The notes under the pieces were generated by a model, which searched no databases, was not told the DNA's origin, and saw only the letters and a program-made list of their open reading frames with translations. A DNA stretch of 32,000 bases. It comes from Candidatus Lokiarchaeum ossiferum (GTDB lineage Archaea; Asgardarchaeota; Lokiarchaeia; Sigyniarchaeales; Promethearchaeaceae). The stretch is taken from positions 1,800,001 to 1,832,000 of the forward strand of contig CP104013.1 of assembly GCA_025839675.1 (NCBI GenBank), written 5' to 3'. The translations under genes were made by a program, and so were the position numbers. Positions 1 through 10,600 of this stretch are shown piece after piece; position 1 is the stretch's first letter, and every line of letters begins with the position of its first letter.

Positions 1-53
1 TCCCGAGAATTCTTTGTGTTTGTCAAACCACGAAAATCCAAAAAATAAATTTT

Positions 54-827
54 TTATCTTAAATTTAAAAGCAAAGCGGTCGGAATCAACCGTTCTTTCC
101 CTTGAACTTGGGAATCCAGAGGATGGGGTTCTGATCGAAAAGCAAAACGGGGTTCATTAATTAATTTATTCTCCACAATAAGTGTACAAGAACCGCCACC
201 ATCGAGATTAATAGCTTCGGTCATTCCACATTTCTGAGCAAGAAGAGCCGTCTCTTCTAAGAATAGTCCATGACTCCGATCCGATCTTCCTTCCACAACT
301 AAAAGGAAATAGTGTTTGGAGTCATATCCAAAAACAGATCGAGGATTTCGGTCAACGGTAATATCAGTATCAAAATCATATGCTTTTTCTTGAAAATCCG
401 AGTAATCAGTTTGAATAATGTTATTATGTACTAATAATGGCCCCGCTTGTAGTACGGAATGGAATTGATCTTGATTTGATGGAGAAGCAATATATGCACC
501 TCCATCAAAAATAAAAACACATGGACGCGATTGATTCCGAAGGGATTGAATCTCGAACTTATTAACTATTAACCAATCTAAAGGAGTTCGATTTCTCTCA
601 GTAAGTTTATAAAACCCCCCGTTTATCGCGGCAATATTTTTAGGGTAAGAACAAACCATTTCTGAAACTTTTTGTGGAGGATTTGAGTGATGAATGCGAC
701 ACACAATACTTAATTTCTCCACTTTGAAGAAAAATGCTTCAAATGGATATTTCTTTTCAACTTCCCCTCGAATTTTTACTAGTTGATAGTTTGGGGTGTG
801 TAAAAGAACAGACTCGGAATATAACAT
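54..827 (-). CDS. Phosphodiester glycosidase family protein (DUF2233 / NAGPA uncovering-enzyme-like)
   Basis: 257-aa ORF with ATG at 827. The C-terminal block RSVFGYDSKHYFLLVVEGR...GLFLEETALLAQKCGMTEAINLDGGGS resembles the DUF2233 signature as I recall it. No N-terminal signal peptide is visible. Confidence 0.55.
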   Translation of the reverse strand: MLYSESVLLHTPNYQLVKIRGEVEKKYPFEAFFFKVEKLSIVCRIHHSNPPQKVSEMVCSYPKNIAAINGGFYKLTERNRTPLDWLIVNKFEIQSLRNQSRPCVFIFDGGAYIASPSNQDQFHSVLQAGPLLVHNNIIQTDYSDFQEKAYDFDTDITVDRNPRSVFGYDSKHYFLLVVEGRSDRSHGLFLEETALLAQKCGMTEAINLDGGGSCTLIVENKLINEPRFAFRSEPHPLDSQVQGKERLIPTALLLNLR

Positions 828-857
828 CTTATCTCATAAATCCTATATGCGGATGGT

Positions 858-2198
858 TTACAATATACTCCCTTGAACCAGAATTTTCTGTCGTTGATTT
901 ACAATGGAATCCAAAAGAATGATTAATTCCGATGAAACATTCTTTTCTAAAATTAATTTAACATCTTTGATAATTGATATTTGATGTGATTCTGGTTTGA
1001 TTTTAGAAAATGAATCACCATTTTGGTGATTAAGCACAATATCTGCCACAGTAAATTCATCATTCTGAGTTTGAGATGAAGTCATGTTTAATCGTATCTG
1101 CACATCTTGTATCATTTCATTGGATAATCCTATGATTGGCATAAAATGTGGAATGGTGAGATTCTGTCCTAACGCACAATAAAGAGAATCGGTTAAACGA
1201 AAAGAAGTAAGAATTCCCTTTATCCAAAGATCTTTACTATTGAAACGCAATTCCCGATTGAAATTCACTTCTTTTCCCAAATTGTCTAATAAATACATTG
1301 TAGAATAGGCGAGTAGAATATTTTTCACAGCTTCGTCAGAAATTTGATTTAGATATTCTCCCAATGAATGAAGATCCAGTTGTAGAACGGTGATTGGTTC
1401 TGGAAGATATTTGGCGATTAACTTTATCTCTTCAATTGCACTGCTCATTGTTTTGTGTGAATTAAAAAGCTGATTCTTTTCATCAAAAAATATGATTGGG
1501 AATATGATCGACCCTCTACGCAACATCAATTGAGCAGCAACGGTATCATTAAAATCTCCTCTCCATAAAGCGATAACAGGCTTGTCAATTTCAATTGGAT
1601 TTCCCCCCCAGATAGTATTAATTTTCTTTGAAAAGAAATAAGTTGCAGCTTCTCTGACTTCAATATAGATAGTTTTTGTTGGATTTTTCATTTTGACAAA
1701 AATTTCTCGCCCTAATTTAGCAGCAGTATCTAAAACCACTTCACCCATCTCCCGTTCTATTTCAAGAGATGTTTTTGGATGTGATTTCACTCTTCGAGCT
1801 CTAATCACAAAGGAATCCCCAGATTTAATATCAGCAGTGGCGAAATCTTTAACTTTTTCAATGATAGAAGAATTTGAACAATCCACAGAAATTGCTGGTG
1901 AGAAAGAATGTAATCCAATGATATATTTGAAAATTTTTAGTGCTTTGGGCATATTTTCCAAAGAAAATTCAAAAATGAATCGCCCCCATTCCCTTTGCGC
2001 ATGCACAATAGATAAGTTCTCCCGCTGACATATTTTTTTAATATGACTAACTAATCTCTGCTCCATTCGGGAACGCACCTTACGAGATTTTAATCCAATT
2101 TCATTATATCGACAAATAATTAAATTATACTGTATAGGAGAGGCGGCTTCATTCATACTTCTGATCATTTTATTCAGTGAATCATTGGCAAAAAACAT
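858..2198 (-). CDS. ThiI-like THUMP-domain protein with a degenerate PP-loop (possible pseudoenzyme / RNA-binding protein)
   Basis: 446 aa. The N-terminus YNLIICRYNEIGLKSRKVRSRMEQRL and SFVIRARRVKSHPKTSLEIEREMGEVV fit the ThiI NFLD+THUMP pattern. The segment VIALWRGDFNDTVAAQLMLRRG aligns with ThiI ...SGGFDS......MRRG, but SGGFDS is replaced by RGDFND (nt 1545-1562). Confidence 0.6.
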   Translation of the reverse strand: MFFANDSLNKMIRSMNEAASPIQYNLIICRYNEIGLKSRKVRSRMEQRLVSHIKKICQRENLSIVHAQREWGRFIFEFSLENMPKALKIFKYIIGLHSFSPAISVDCSNSSIIEKVKDFATADIKSGDSFVIRARRVKSHPKTSLEIEREMGEVVLDTAAKLGREIFVKMKNPTKTIYIEVREAATYFFSKKINTIWGGNPIEIDKPVIALWRGDFNDTVAAQLMLRRGSIIFPIIFFDEKNQLFNSHKTMSSAIEEIKLIAKYLPEPITVLQLDLHSLGEYLNQISDEAVKNILLAYSTMYLLDNLGKEVNFNRELRFNSKDLWIKGILTSFRLTDSLYCALGQNLTIPHFMPIIGLSNEMIQDVQIRLNMTSSQTQNDEFTVADIVLNHQNGDSFSKIKPESHQISIIKDVKLILEKNVSSELIILLDSIVNQRQKILVQGSIL

Positions 2199-2267
2199 TA
2201 AGGCTATAAAAGAAAAATGAAAACTAAAGAATGAATATGTATTGATATTGATTACGCGTGATAAAAT

Positions 2268-3293
2268 ATGGAGACTTTCACTAAAAAATATGATGTAATC
2301 GGTTTAGGATCCTGTACGATGGATCTTATTTTCGCTGTTGACGATATAATGCGAATCGAAATGATTGATCGAAATAATGTTGATAAGAAATATGTTGCAA
2401 TTGAAAATTCCAGTAAACTAAATGTTAAGTCAGTAAAATCATTTCCAGGAGGCTCAGCAGCAAATATAGCCTGTGATTTAGCAAATATTGGATTGAAAAC
2501 AGCATATATCGGAGGAATTGGCAATGATTCAGCAGGTGATGCTTGTTTAGTAGATATGCAAAACCATCATGTTGATACATCAGGAGTGAAAGTTTTTTCG
2601 GATGATGCCACGGCCCACTCAGTTATAATCATGAATTCAAACTACAAAGATAGATCAATCTTAGCATACAAAGGTGCCAATGATCTGTTTTCTGCATCCC
2701 ATGTCCCCGAAGAAATGCTTAGAAATACAAGATGTTTTGCGTGGACAAGTTTAACTTCAAAAAATGGCATAGGAGCAATTAAGAAATGTATTGAAATAAC
2801 CAAAAATGCAGGTGGTTTTATTGCAGCAGCACCTTCAATTTCAATTATAAAAAATAATCGTGAAGAGGCCATTGATTTGATCAAATCGGCAGACATTACT
2901 AGTTTAAATGATGAAGAAATCGAAGCTTTAACGGAAATTAGGGGAGATCTCCATAAAGCGATGGAAAAACTTTTTAGCTGGGGAATTAAAATAGTAAATC
3001 TAACCCAAGGGAAACTTGGGCAGTGGATTAGTGATGGAAAAACCCTAGTAAAAACACAACCCCCTAAAATTCATGTTTCCGATACAACCGGAGCAGGTGA
3101 TGCTACAATGAGTGGGATAATTTATGGTTATCTCAACGGAAAATCACTCCATGAAACATCTATGATTGCCGCATCAATGAGTGCTATGGAAATTGAAGCT
3201 ACAGGTGTGCGAGTTGGATTACCGGCCAAATTTTCTGAGCTTCAAGCATTCATGGATGCTCATGAATTTCAGCAAGAAACCAGTAATTTTTAA
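2268..3293 (+). CDS. PfkB-family carbohydrate/nucleoside kinase (ribokinase-like)
   Basis: 341 aa. Both PfkB signatures are present: N-terminal GGSAANIACDLANIGL...GGIGNDSAGD and C-terminal DTTGAGDATMSGIIYG. Substrate cannot be assigned from sequence. Confidence 0.8.
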   Translation: METFTKKYDVIGLGSCTMDLIFAVDDIMRIEMIDRNNVDKKYVAIENSSKLNVKSVKSFPGGSAANIACDLANIGLKTAYIGGIGNDSAGDACLVDMQNHHVDTSGVKVFSDDATAHSVIIMNSNYKDRSILAYKGANDLFSASHVPEEMLRNTRCFAWTSLTSKNGIGAIKKCIEITKNAGGFIAAAPSISIIKNNREEAIDLIKSADITSLNDEEIEALTEIRGDLHKAMEKLFSWGIKIVNLTQGKLGQWISDGKTLVKTQPPKIHVSDTTGAGDATMSGIIYGYLNGKSLHETSMIAASMSAMEIEATGVRVGLPAKFSELQAFMDAHEFQQETSNF

Positions 3294-3343
3294 TTAAAGC
3301 AAATTTCATTTATTTATTTTTTATTTCCTTTGAATGATGTGTC

Positions 3344-4501
3344 ATGAATATTATATACCGGAATTATCAACCTGGGGATGAAGTTCAACTTGCTGAACTC
3401 TTTAATCTTTGCTTTCACCAATCTGGAGTAGGATTTTTGAGAACCCCGAGAGGATTAAAATATAGGTATGTCAAACGTCCAAATTTTAATCCGAATGAAA
3501 TTCAAATCGCAGAAGACACACATAAAAAATTAATAGTCGGAGCAGTATTTTCTACACTCGAAGAAATATTTTTAGATGGAAAACAACTTCTTTCAGGTTC
3601 CATCAATGACGTAGCAGTTCATCCCAACTATATAAAAATTGGAATTGCGAAAACACTCATGATTCAAGCATTAACCTTTTTAAAACAACAAAAGTGTGAG
3701 TTATCTACTCTTGCTGCAGATCCAAAAGGCCACGCTCGGTTGAAATTATATATCCCCCTTGGATGGAGGGATTATTCGTCTATTAGGGTTTGGATTTCTC
3801 CAAATATAAATTTCTTTCGTTATTTACCCTTATTATCCCCACTTCTATTTCTATTTATCCCCTTCTATTTTTATTCAAAATTGAAAATGAGAAAAATTAA
3901 AAAAAAAATGAAGGATCATGGGATACATGGCTCAATTATTCACCCCAGTACAGTTGGATTTAATCATTCTTCTTCTCATAACAGTTTTAGAAATTTTTAT
4001 AATAAGATCGGGAAACAACAAAGAAATGGAAAAATTTTGATTAGTGACCAAGAATGGAAACATTTCCGCAAACAAAATATACGTTCTGGGCTGAAACCAA
4101 CCTTTATAGCACTTTATAAGAAAGAGAGAATAATTGGGTTCGCTAGTTTTCTCTGTCAATGGATTTATTTTGATAAACTTGGTTTTAAATTTCCATTAGC
4201 CACTATTCGAGAATGGGGTGTAGACCATTCTATAACATCTAACGCACAAGAAAATTCTCAAATTTACAATTTTTTGCTAGATTTAATCCGAGAAGCAGCG
4301 TTGCAACGTAAATGTGTAACTGTTCTGTTTGGTCTCACAGATCAATTTCCATATTTCTCAAGGATTCTCAAAAAAAAAAAATTCATCTCCACATCTGGTG
4401 GGGTATTCATGATCAACAATATTAACCCAAGAAACAAACAATCTGGAAAGATTTTTAAACCTTTTATAATGGATATTGGAGAAATGTTCCTTCATCCTTA
4501 A
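3344..4501 (+). CDS. GNAT-family N-acetyltransferase domain protein with a central hydrophobic insert and a second GNAT-like half
   Basis: 385 aa. The N-terminal roughly 150 aa look GNAT-like (YQPGDEVQLAELFNLCF ... INDVAVHPNYIKIGIAKTLM). A hydrophobic stretch LPLLSPLLFLFIPFYFY follows, then KKIKKKMK. The C-terminal half (ERIIGFASFL...VTVLFGL) is also GNAT-like. Confidence 0.45.
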   Translation: MNIIYRNYQPGDEVQLAELFNLCFHQSGVGFLRTPRGLKYRYVKRPNFNPNEIQIAEDTHKKLIVGAVFSTLEEIFLDGKQLLSGSINDVAVHPNYIKIGIAKTLMIQALTFLKQQKCELSTLAADPKGHARLKLYIPLGWRDYSSIRVWISPNINFFRYLPLLSPLLFLFIPFYFYSKLKMRKIKKKMKDHGIHGSIIHPSTVGFNHSSSHNSFRNFYNKIGKQQRNGKILISDQEWKHFRKQNIRSGLKPTFIALYKKERIIGFASFLCQWIYFDKLGFKFPLATIREWGVDHSITSNAQENSQIYNFLLDLIREAALQRKCVTVLFGLTDQFPYFSRILKKKKFISTSGGVFMINNINPRNKQSGKIFKPFIMDIGEMFLHP

Positions 4502-4581
4502 AATAACCTGTATGCTTACACTCTTTCTTTATTTTTAAAACCGAAAAAATATTGTAGTATGATTCCTTCAATATATTAATA

Positions 4582-6489
4582 ATGAAGAAAGTTTTTTTGA
4601 TTGATTATGATCTGTGCTCCCCTCGTTCTTGTAACCGACTCTGTGTTGCCAAGTGTCCTATTACCTTAAGCAACGATCGCAAAAAATCTCACATTAAAAA
4701 GGATGAGGTACCAATAAAATATAAAAAATCAACGGATAAGATGATAATCATCAATGAATTATGCCTAAGTTGCGGGATTTGTTTAAACGTCTGCCCGCGC
4801 AATGCCATTTATTCAATTTTTTTATTGGATGAACCAGAAGATGAGCTAATAACCCATGAATATACTCTGGATCAATCAACCACAACAAATGAAACTCAGA
4901 AAATTGATTTATCCACCCATGGATTTCGACTATATGGTCTCCCCACTCTTCTTCCAGGACGTGTGACTGGACTATGCGGCCCAAATGGAATTGGAAAATC
5001 AACAGTTTTAAATATCTTGAATGGTACCCTAAAACCAAATTTCGGTAATACCTCGTATGGTCCCAATGGATTAAAGTGGCAAGAATTAATCAAACATGTG
5101 AAAGAAAACGAAATGCGTATGCATTTTAAAGAAACTTACAAAGGGGATCGACATATCGCTTATAAGCAGCAAGTTTTAAAAGTATTATTTGAAAGTTATA
5201 AAGGAAAAACAGTCAGTGAAATTTTAATGGCACATTCCACCATTGAAGAACAGTTTTTAACGCGTATTTTTGATGATTTGGATATTCATGCAATCTCAGA
5301 TCGCCTATTAAAACAATGTTCCGGAGGAGAACTTCAAAGATTTGCTATTGCATTCATTTTATGTCAGGAAGCAGATTGCTACTTAGTTGATGAACCTTGT
5401 ACTTTTTTGGATGTAAAAAAACGAATCAAATTAGCGGAATTGTTGCGAGACCGATCTTTAGGTTTTGGTGGAATCAAAAATTACCCTGTTTTAGTGGTTG
5501 ATCACGATTTAGCGGTATTAGATTATATGAGCGATGTAACGCATCTTTTTTATGGAAAACCACATCAATTTGGAGTTATGACAAAAGTTCAAACTACAAA
5601 AGGTGGAATTAATGCATATCTTAATGGGTTTTTAAAAACAGAAAATACCCAATTTCGAAAAAAGAAGATAACATTTCGTCGAAGTGTTGCAGATCATAAT
5701 TGGGAAAATGCCCGAATTTTTATGAAATATGGAAAAGTATCCAAAACATTTGAAGGATTTCGATTGGATGTAGATCCTGGAATAATATATGAAGGAGAAA
5801 TTCTTGGAATTGTTGGAGAAAACGGAACGGGAAAGTCAACTTTCGCTAAAATCTTAACAGGCCAATTGAAACCAGATTTAGACAGTGATTTCTTAACAAT
5901 AGATCGTTATGTATCATATAAACCACAATACATCACAGGAAATCATCCTGGAACAGTCAAAGAATTCATCATGAAATATTCACAAAACTACGATTTTTCA
6001 GAAGGGATGACCCAAATCCTTTATGGTCCTCTTGGAGTTGATCAGATATACGAGACACCAGTAAAATCTTTGTCAGGTGGACAACTTCAACGAGTTTTCA
6101 TATGTACTTGCTTAGCAAAAAGAGCGGAACTCTATATTTTAGATGAACCTAGTGCCTATCTTGATGTTGAAGAGCGATTGCATATTAGTTCGGTAATTCG
6201 TGCAGTCACGAAACGAAATTCTGCAACAGCAATAGTAATTGAGCACGATATTGCAATAATAGATGCTCTTTCTGACCGCTTGTTTCTATTCACTGGAACA
6301 CCAGGAGTTCAAGGAAGAACAATAGGTCCATTAACAAAGGGAGAAGGAATGAATGAATTTTTAAAGATCTTGGACATTACGTTTCGAAGGGATGACGATA
6401 CAGGGCGAGCTCGAATTAATAAAAAAGGGAGCTCTATTGATCGGCGTCAGCGTGCAAATGATGAATACTTTTATGCTCCCCGTAAGTAA
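4582..6489 (+). CDS. ABCE1: ABCE1 / RNase L inhibitor (ribosome recycling ATPase with N-terminal 2x[4Fe-4S] domain)
   Basis: 635 aa. Cys clusters: CSPRSCNRLCVAKCP and CLSCGICLNVCP. Two NBDs: Walker A GPNGIGKST and GENGTGKST; signatures CSGGELQR and LSGGQLQR; Walker B YLVDEP and YILDEP. Confidence 0.92.
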   Translation: MKKVFLIDYDLCSPRSCNRLCVAKCPITLSNDRKKSHIKKDEVPIKYKKSTDKMIIINELCLSCGICLNVCPRNAIYSIFLLDEPEDELITHEYTLDQSTTTNETQKIDLSTHGFRLYGLPTLLPGRVTGLCGPNGIGKSTVLNILNGTLKPNFGNTSYGPNGLKWQELIKHVKENEMRMHFKETYKGDRHIAYKQQVLKVLFESYKGKTVSEILMAHSTIEEQFLTRIFDDLDIHAISDRLLKQCSGGELQRFAIAFILCQEADCYLVDEPCTFLDVKKRIKLAELLRDRSLGFGGIKNYPVLVVDHDLAVLDYMSDVTHLFYGKPHQFGVMTKVQTTKGGINAYLNGFLKTENTQFRKKKITFRRSVADHNWENARIFMKYGKVSKTFEGFRLDVDPGIIYEGEILGIVGENGTGKSTFAKILTGQLKPDLDSDFLTIDRYVSYKPQYITGNHPGTVKEFIMKYSQNYDFSEGMTQILYGPLGVDQIYETPVKSLSGGQLQRVFICTCLAKRAELYILDEPSAYLDVEERLHISSVIRAVTKRNSATAIVIEHDIAIIDALSDRLFLFTGTPGVQGRTIGPLTKGEGMNEFLKILDITFRRDDDTGRARINKKGSSIDRRQRANDEYFYAPRK

Positions 6490-6519
6490 ATCTCAAATTC
6501 AATTAGCAACTATATGTGC

Positions 6520-7461
6520 TTATTTGTATTTTTTTCTCTCTGCGATAAACGCAACTGATGATCCAGATAGAATCAACAATAAATGTAATGGAAAGGATGC
6601 AATTGACCCATCTTCATCAAATGTTCCGGTATTTTGTTGACGATTAGAATTTGTTTCCCCTTCTTTCAATATTGTATCAGCATAATAAGAAAATGAAACA
6701 TCACGTTTAGTTTGATTTGAAAAAATTACCAAATCATACCCTTGCGAATGTTCTATGCTGTAAAGATGCGAAACGGTACTAACATTATAAAAATGGAGCA
6801 TTGGAACCAAATCATAACCTTTAGTGCGCCATTGTGCGAAGTTTGCTCCATTTACGAGATACATGTTTAATCCATCCATTGGAAAAACACATTTAAATTC
6901 AAGATCGATCAGAAATGTATCTTCAAGATAATTGAAAAACACAATTTCACTTTCACCCGGTTTTAAAATTACCCCATTTTTAACAAATTCATGAAATCGA
7001 TCATATTTTGGGAGTTTTTTACCATTGACACCAAAAGCACAATCGAATGAGAGAGAACTATTGGAATTATTTCTATTAGAAAATATATAATAATATAATC
7101 CTGATTCCAAGCAAGAATAATCCACTTTTAGTGAATGAAAATCATGATTAGCTTGGAAAAATTGATTAGAATTATTTTGATCAATCCAAAATTGAAATTG
7201 AGTCATATTTCCAACAAAAAAATCCATTAATTGAGAGGCGTTTTCTGTGGTTAAATAACCTTCAAAAGTGTCGCCTTTGGTTAAATTAACTGTACCATAT
7301 TTCCAAGAATTTATTCCTAAAATGCAATTTGTTTCAACTAATGAGCCATCCTCAACTTCAAAATCTGGGCTCGATTCAGCAAGAGGAAGTAAAACAGAAA
7401 GTGAACTCAACCAAAAGAGAGTAATAAATTTGATTAAACGAGTCTTAGAATTATTTTTCAT
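6520..7461 (-). CDS. Secreted, C-terminally membrane-anchored protein with two tandem beta-rich repeats; function unknown
   Basis: 313 aa. N-terminal signal-like LIKFITLFWLSSLSVLLPLAES. C-terminal hydrophobic segment FPLHLLLILSGSSVAFIA followed by ERKKYK. Many N-x-S/T sequons. An internal repeat is visible (MDFFVGNMTQFQFW...YYYIFSN vs LNMYLVNGANFAQW...DLVIFSN). Confidence 0.5.
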   Translation of the reverse strand: MKNNSKTRLIKFITLFWLSSLSVLLPLAESSPDFEVEDGSLVETNCILGINSWKYGTVNLTKGDTFEGYLTTENASQLMDFFVGNMTQFQFWIDQNNSNQFFQANHDFHSLKVDYSCLESGLYYYIFSNRNNSNSSLSFDCAFGVNGKKLPKYDRFHEFVKNGVILKPGESEIVFFNYLEDTFLIDLEFKCVFPMDGLNMYLVNGANFAQWRTKGYDLVPMLHFYNVSTVSHLYSIEHSQGYDLVIFSNQTKRDVSFSYYADTILKEGETNSNRQQNTGTFDEDGSIASFPLHLLLILSGSSVAFIAERKKYK

Positions 7462-7672
7462 GTTATCGTCAAATGATATTATAGTATTTTAATAATATAA
7501 ATTTTCACATTATTTGGGAATTAAAAATATAGCAATCAAAATTGAGAACATTATTTCTTAATATTTCTTTCAAGACAAAAAGACATATGAAAATTTTCAA
7601 ATCCCAAATATAGTGAAAGTTTATATTATAGAAATTCATGATTATATTAATAAAAAAATGAGTGATTAAACC

Positions 7673-10600
7673 ATGTTTAAATATACATCATTCCAATTCA
7701 ATCAGATTCGTAGCAATTTTAAACGAGATTATATCATTTTATTTTGTATTTCTCTGTCAATTTCAATGATAGTTGGTTTGGGATACTTTTATGAGGCTAG
7801 CCAAAAAGAGATCTTCTCTTCCAAATTTACGAACATTAGCGATTTTGAAATTCCTCATTATCAATTACAAAAAAATGAATTTGGAACCCTTATTTCTATT
7901 CCCCGAGTCAAATTCTCCGAGAATTTTCATCAAGATGATCAGAAAATCCTTAATGAAATTGAGAAAAGCTCTCTTTTAATAGAAAATGTTGGGAGGTATG
8001 GTATTATAAATATGAAGGAAGCTTTTTTTTGTCTACCGACATATCCAAATCATAAATCAAACGCTACTACTCCATACGCATACAAGAAGGAATTAAATGG
8101 TACCGAAGTTCAATTGATGGTATTTGATGATGATTTCTATACGTCATCCCGATTTTCAGAATATATCAAAATTATTTCAGGAAAAGCACCAGAAACAGAA
8201 AATGAAGTAATGATTGATTATTGTACAGCCTTAAAATATAATTTGACTGTAGGAAAGATTAGTACACTTCATTTAAAAACAGGCTCGTTTTTTTCCGATC
8301 CAAATCTACAATTGCCAGTCACAACTCATCTTCATGACTTTGAAATTTCAAACATAAACATATCTGGAATCTATTTACCCAGCGTCTATAACTTCACAAT
8401 CGATTTAACAACTTTTCATCACTCTTATAACTATGAAGATTATCTTACAAAGAAGAATTATATCGAAAATAATGAGATAGATAGCCCCGCTATACTTTCG
8501 TGGTACAATTTTACAGGTCCAGATTGGAAACATCCTTTTCAGAAACTATATACACGCATAGATGTCCATCCAGAAGCATTTAAATATTTACGGAGTACTT
8601 GGACACATTCAGGGTACATTTTAAGTTATCAGCGAGATTTATTAAATTATGATCAATTATCAAATCAATTAAATTTGATAGGAGTTCAAGCTTACAATTT
8701 ATCTATCAATATTCCTCCAGACGAAAGCATGGTCAATTATTTGGGGCACCAGCTAGACTTGATTCATAAAGATATTCAAAAAACAAAATTTGCAATCCAA
8801 ATCTTAAATATTCCGACCATTATATTCGCAATTGTTTTAGGATTAAATTTCACACAATCTAATACTAAAAAAAAAATAGAGGAAATCTTGTATTTAAAAA
8901 ATAAAGGCGTATCTATGACTCTTATCAAAAAGCAGTTGATAATGTATGTTGTGAGTTCAAGTTTATTCTGCTCAATCGCGGCGGATCTGATAGGAATATC
9001 CACATTTTTCATATACAGAGCCTTTTTAAGTCCAATTTTGTTAAATAATACTAATTCACAACTCTTCCCATATATTTCATCATTCACATTATTCTTTTCT
9101 TTACTATTAAGCATTATTTTGAACTTAGTAATCACAATCCCCTTTATGATGAAAATTAAGCAATTCAAATTTCTAAATGAAAAAAACAGAATAGGAGAAG
9201 GAGAATTGAATGAAAATATATTATTAAACAGACTTGAGAACCCACAAAAAAAAGCAAAGCACATAGACTTGAAGAAATTCTCCAAAAAATTTAGCCAGAA
9301 GGAAAAAAAATATCTTTCAGAATATGATTCAAAAAAAAAAAGTAAGGTGTCTCTCCGAACAAAGCTGTTACTCTTTTTTGGACACTTCCCCATACTTCTC
9401 CTTCTATTATTGTGGATAGGAATAAGTATTCGACTCCCTGATTCATTAATCGACATTGTTAATAACATCGTTAATTATTATATCCTCATTGAAATCCTTT
9501 CCATCTTAGGGATTGCTATGATAGTGGCAGGAATTGTAAGAATTTTTACAATAGATCGTCCTAATCTATTTTATGCGATTTCCCGCAGATTTTCCCGAAT
9601 ATTTGTAAAAGATTATGATAAATTCGTGGGATTCGAAATCATTCGAGAAAAAAAATGGTCCAAAATATTCTTAGTATTCAGTATTTTCGCAGCATTGTTA
9701 GTAAGTTCTAATATTCTCTATCACGGAAAATATCAAAATCAAAAAATCGTTCAAAATTTTGTTATTGGAGCGGATTTAAAGATAACAAATCATGAGTTAA
9801 ACTATCAAAATTTATCTAAAGTGAACGATCTCGAACAATTACTACTCTCCTATAAGTTAAGTGAAACGGGAGAAAATTTGATTTCAGATGTGAGTACTGT
9901 GCTAATGGAACCCCAAGTAGATATAAAGTTAATTTCAGAATCAGAGCAATTAATAATATCAAGCACATTAATTTCTTTAGATATTCCAAAATATCTCTCA
10001 ATAATAAAGGATAATGGAAAAATGATGCCTTATCCGCTTTTCTCTCAGCAAATAAGGAAAATCGATCAAAAAAATACACAGAACTCGGGTCTTTGTGATG
10101 TTATTGTATCAAAAACATTATTAGAATCATCAAAATTACAAATTGGCCAGGAAATTTCAATTTCACAGAATCTTTTTAATTCCACAACCAACCAATTCGA
10201 TAGGTTTTATTTTTCTGCAGTAATCATTGATGCGATAGATTTATTACCAGGAGTTTCAAATATCCAATCTTCAAATTTTGTTCTGATTGATGTAGATGGT
10301 TTACAATCACTTGAATCTAATGTTCAAATCAAAGAAATGATCCATCTTTGCACACTTAACAATGTGGGAAATAATTTAGAATCTACAATAAATGATTTAA
10401 TCGGAGTTTGCTTTAAGAATGAAAAATCTAATATTGCTTATCAAAGTTATGCTGAAAATTGGAATAATTTGGATACAACTCTGATGACATTTGACTATGG
10501 AAGCTATGGATTTTATGGAATTATTTTCACAGATTTAATTCTTATTGGTTTTATGTTAACCGTTGAAATTATTTTTATGGAGTATCTCATCTATAAGAAA

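Noticed and set aside
1693-2896. Short ORFs 1693-2028(+), 2252-2524(-) and 2642-2896(-) overlapping the ThiI-like and PfkB genes
   Set aside because: These are shadow ORFs antisense to genes with clear family motifs. They have no motifs of their own. The same reasoning applies to 734-922, 3932-4159, 4751-5093, 6392-6640, 7268-7492, 7773-7979, 9816-10079, 11305-11511, 12465-12695, 14431-14694, 15280-15540, 16154-16722, 17056-17256, 18772-19366, 20873-21181, 22211-22471, 25933-26130, 27156-27341, 27856-28670, 29314-29563 and 30763-31133.
4582-6489. ABCE1 as the missing ATPase partner of the FtsX-like permease at 7673-10972
   Set aside because: The N-terminal double [4Fe-4S] domain and twin-NBD organisation identify it as the soluble ribosome-recycling factor, not a MacB-type transporter ATPase. 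The two genes are also separated by an opposite-strand gene.
8776-9468. 230-aa minus-strand ORF inside the FtsX-like gene
   Set aside because: It lies entirely antisense to a much longer ORF with coherent TM topology. Its Phe/Lys/Asn-rich low-complexity translation is what an AT-rich antisense frame produces. No motifs.
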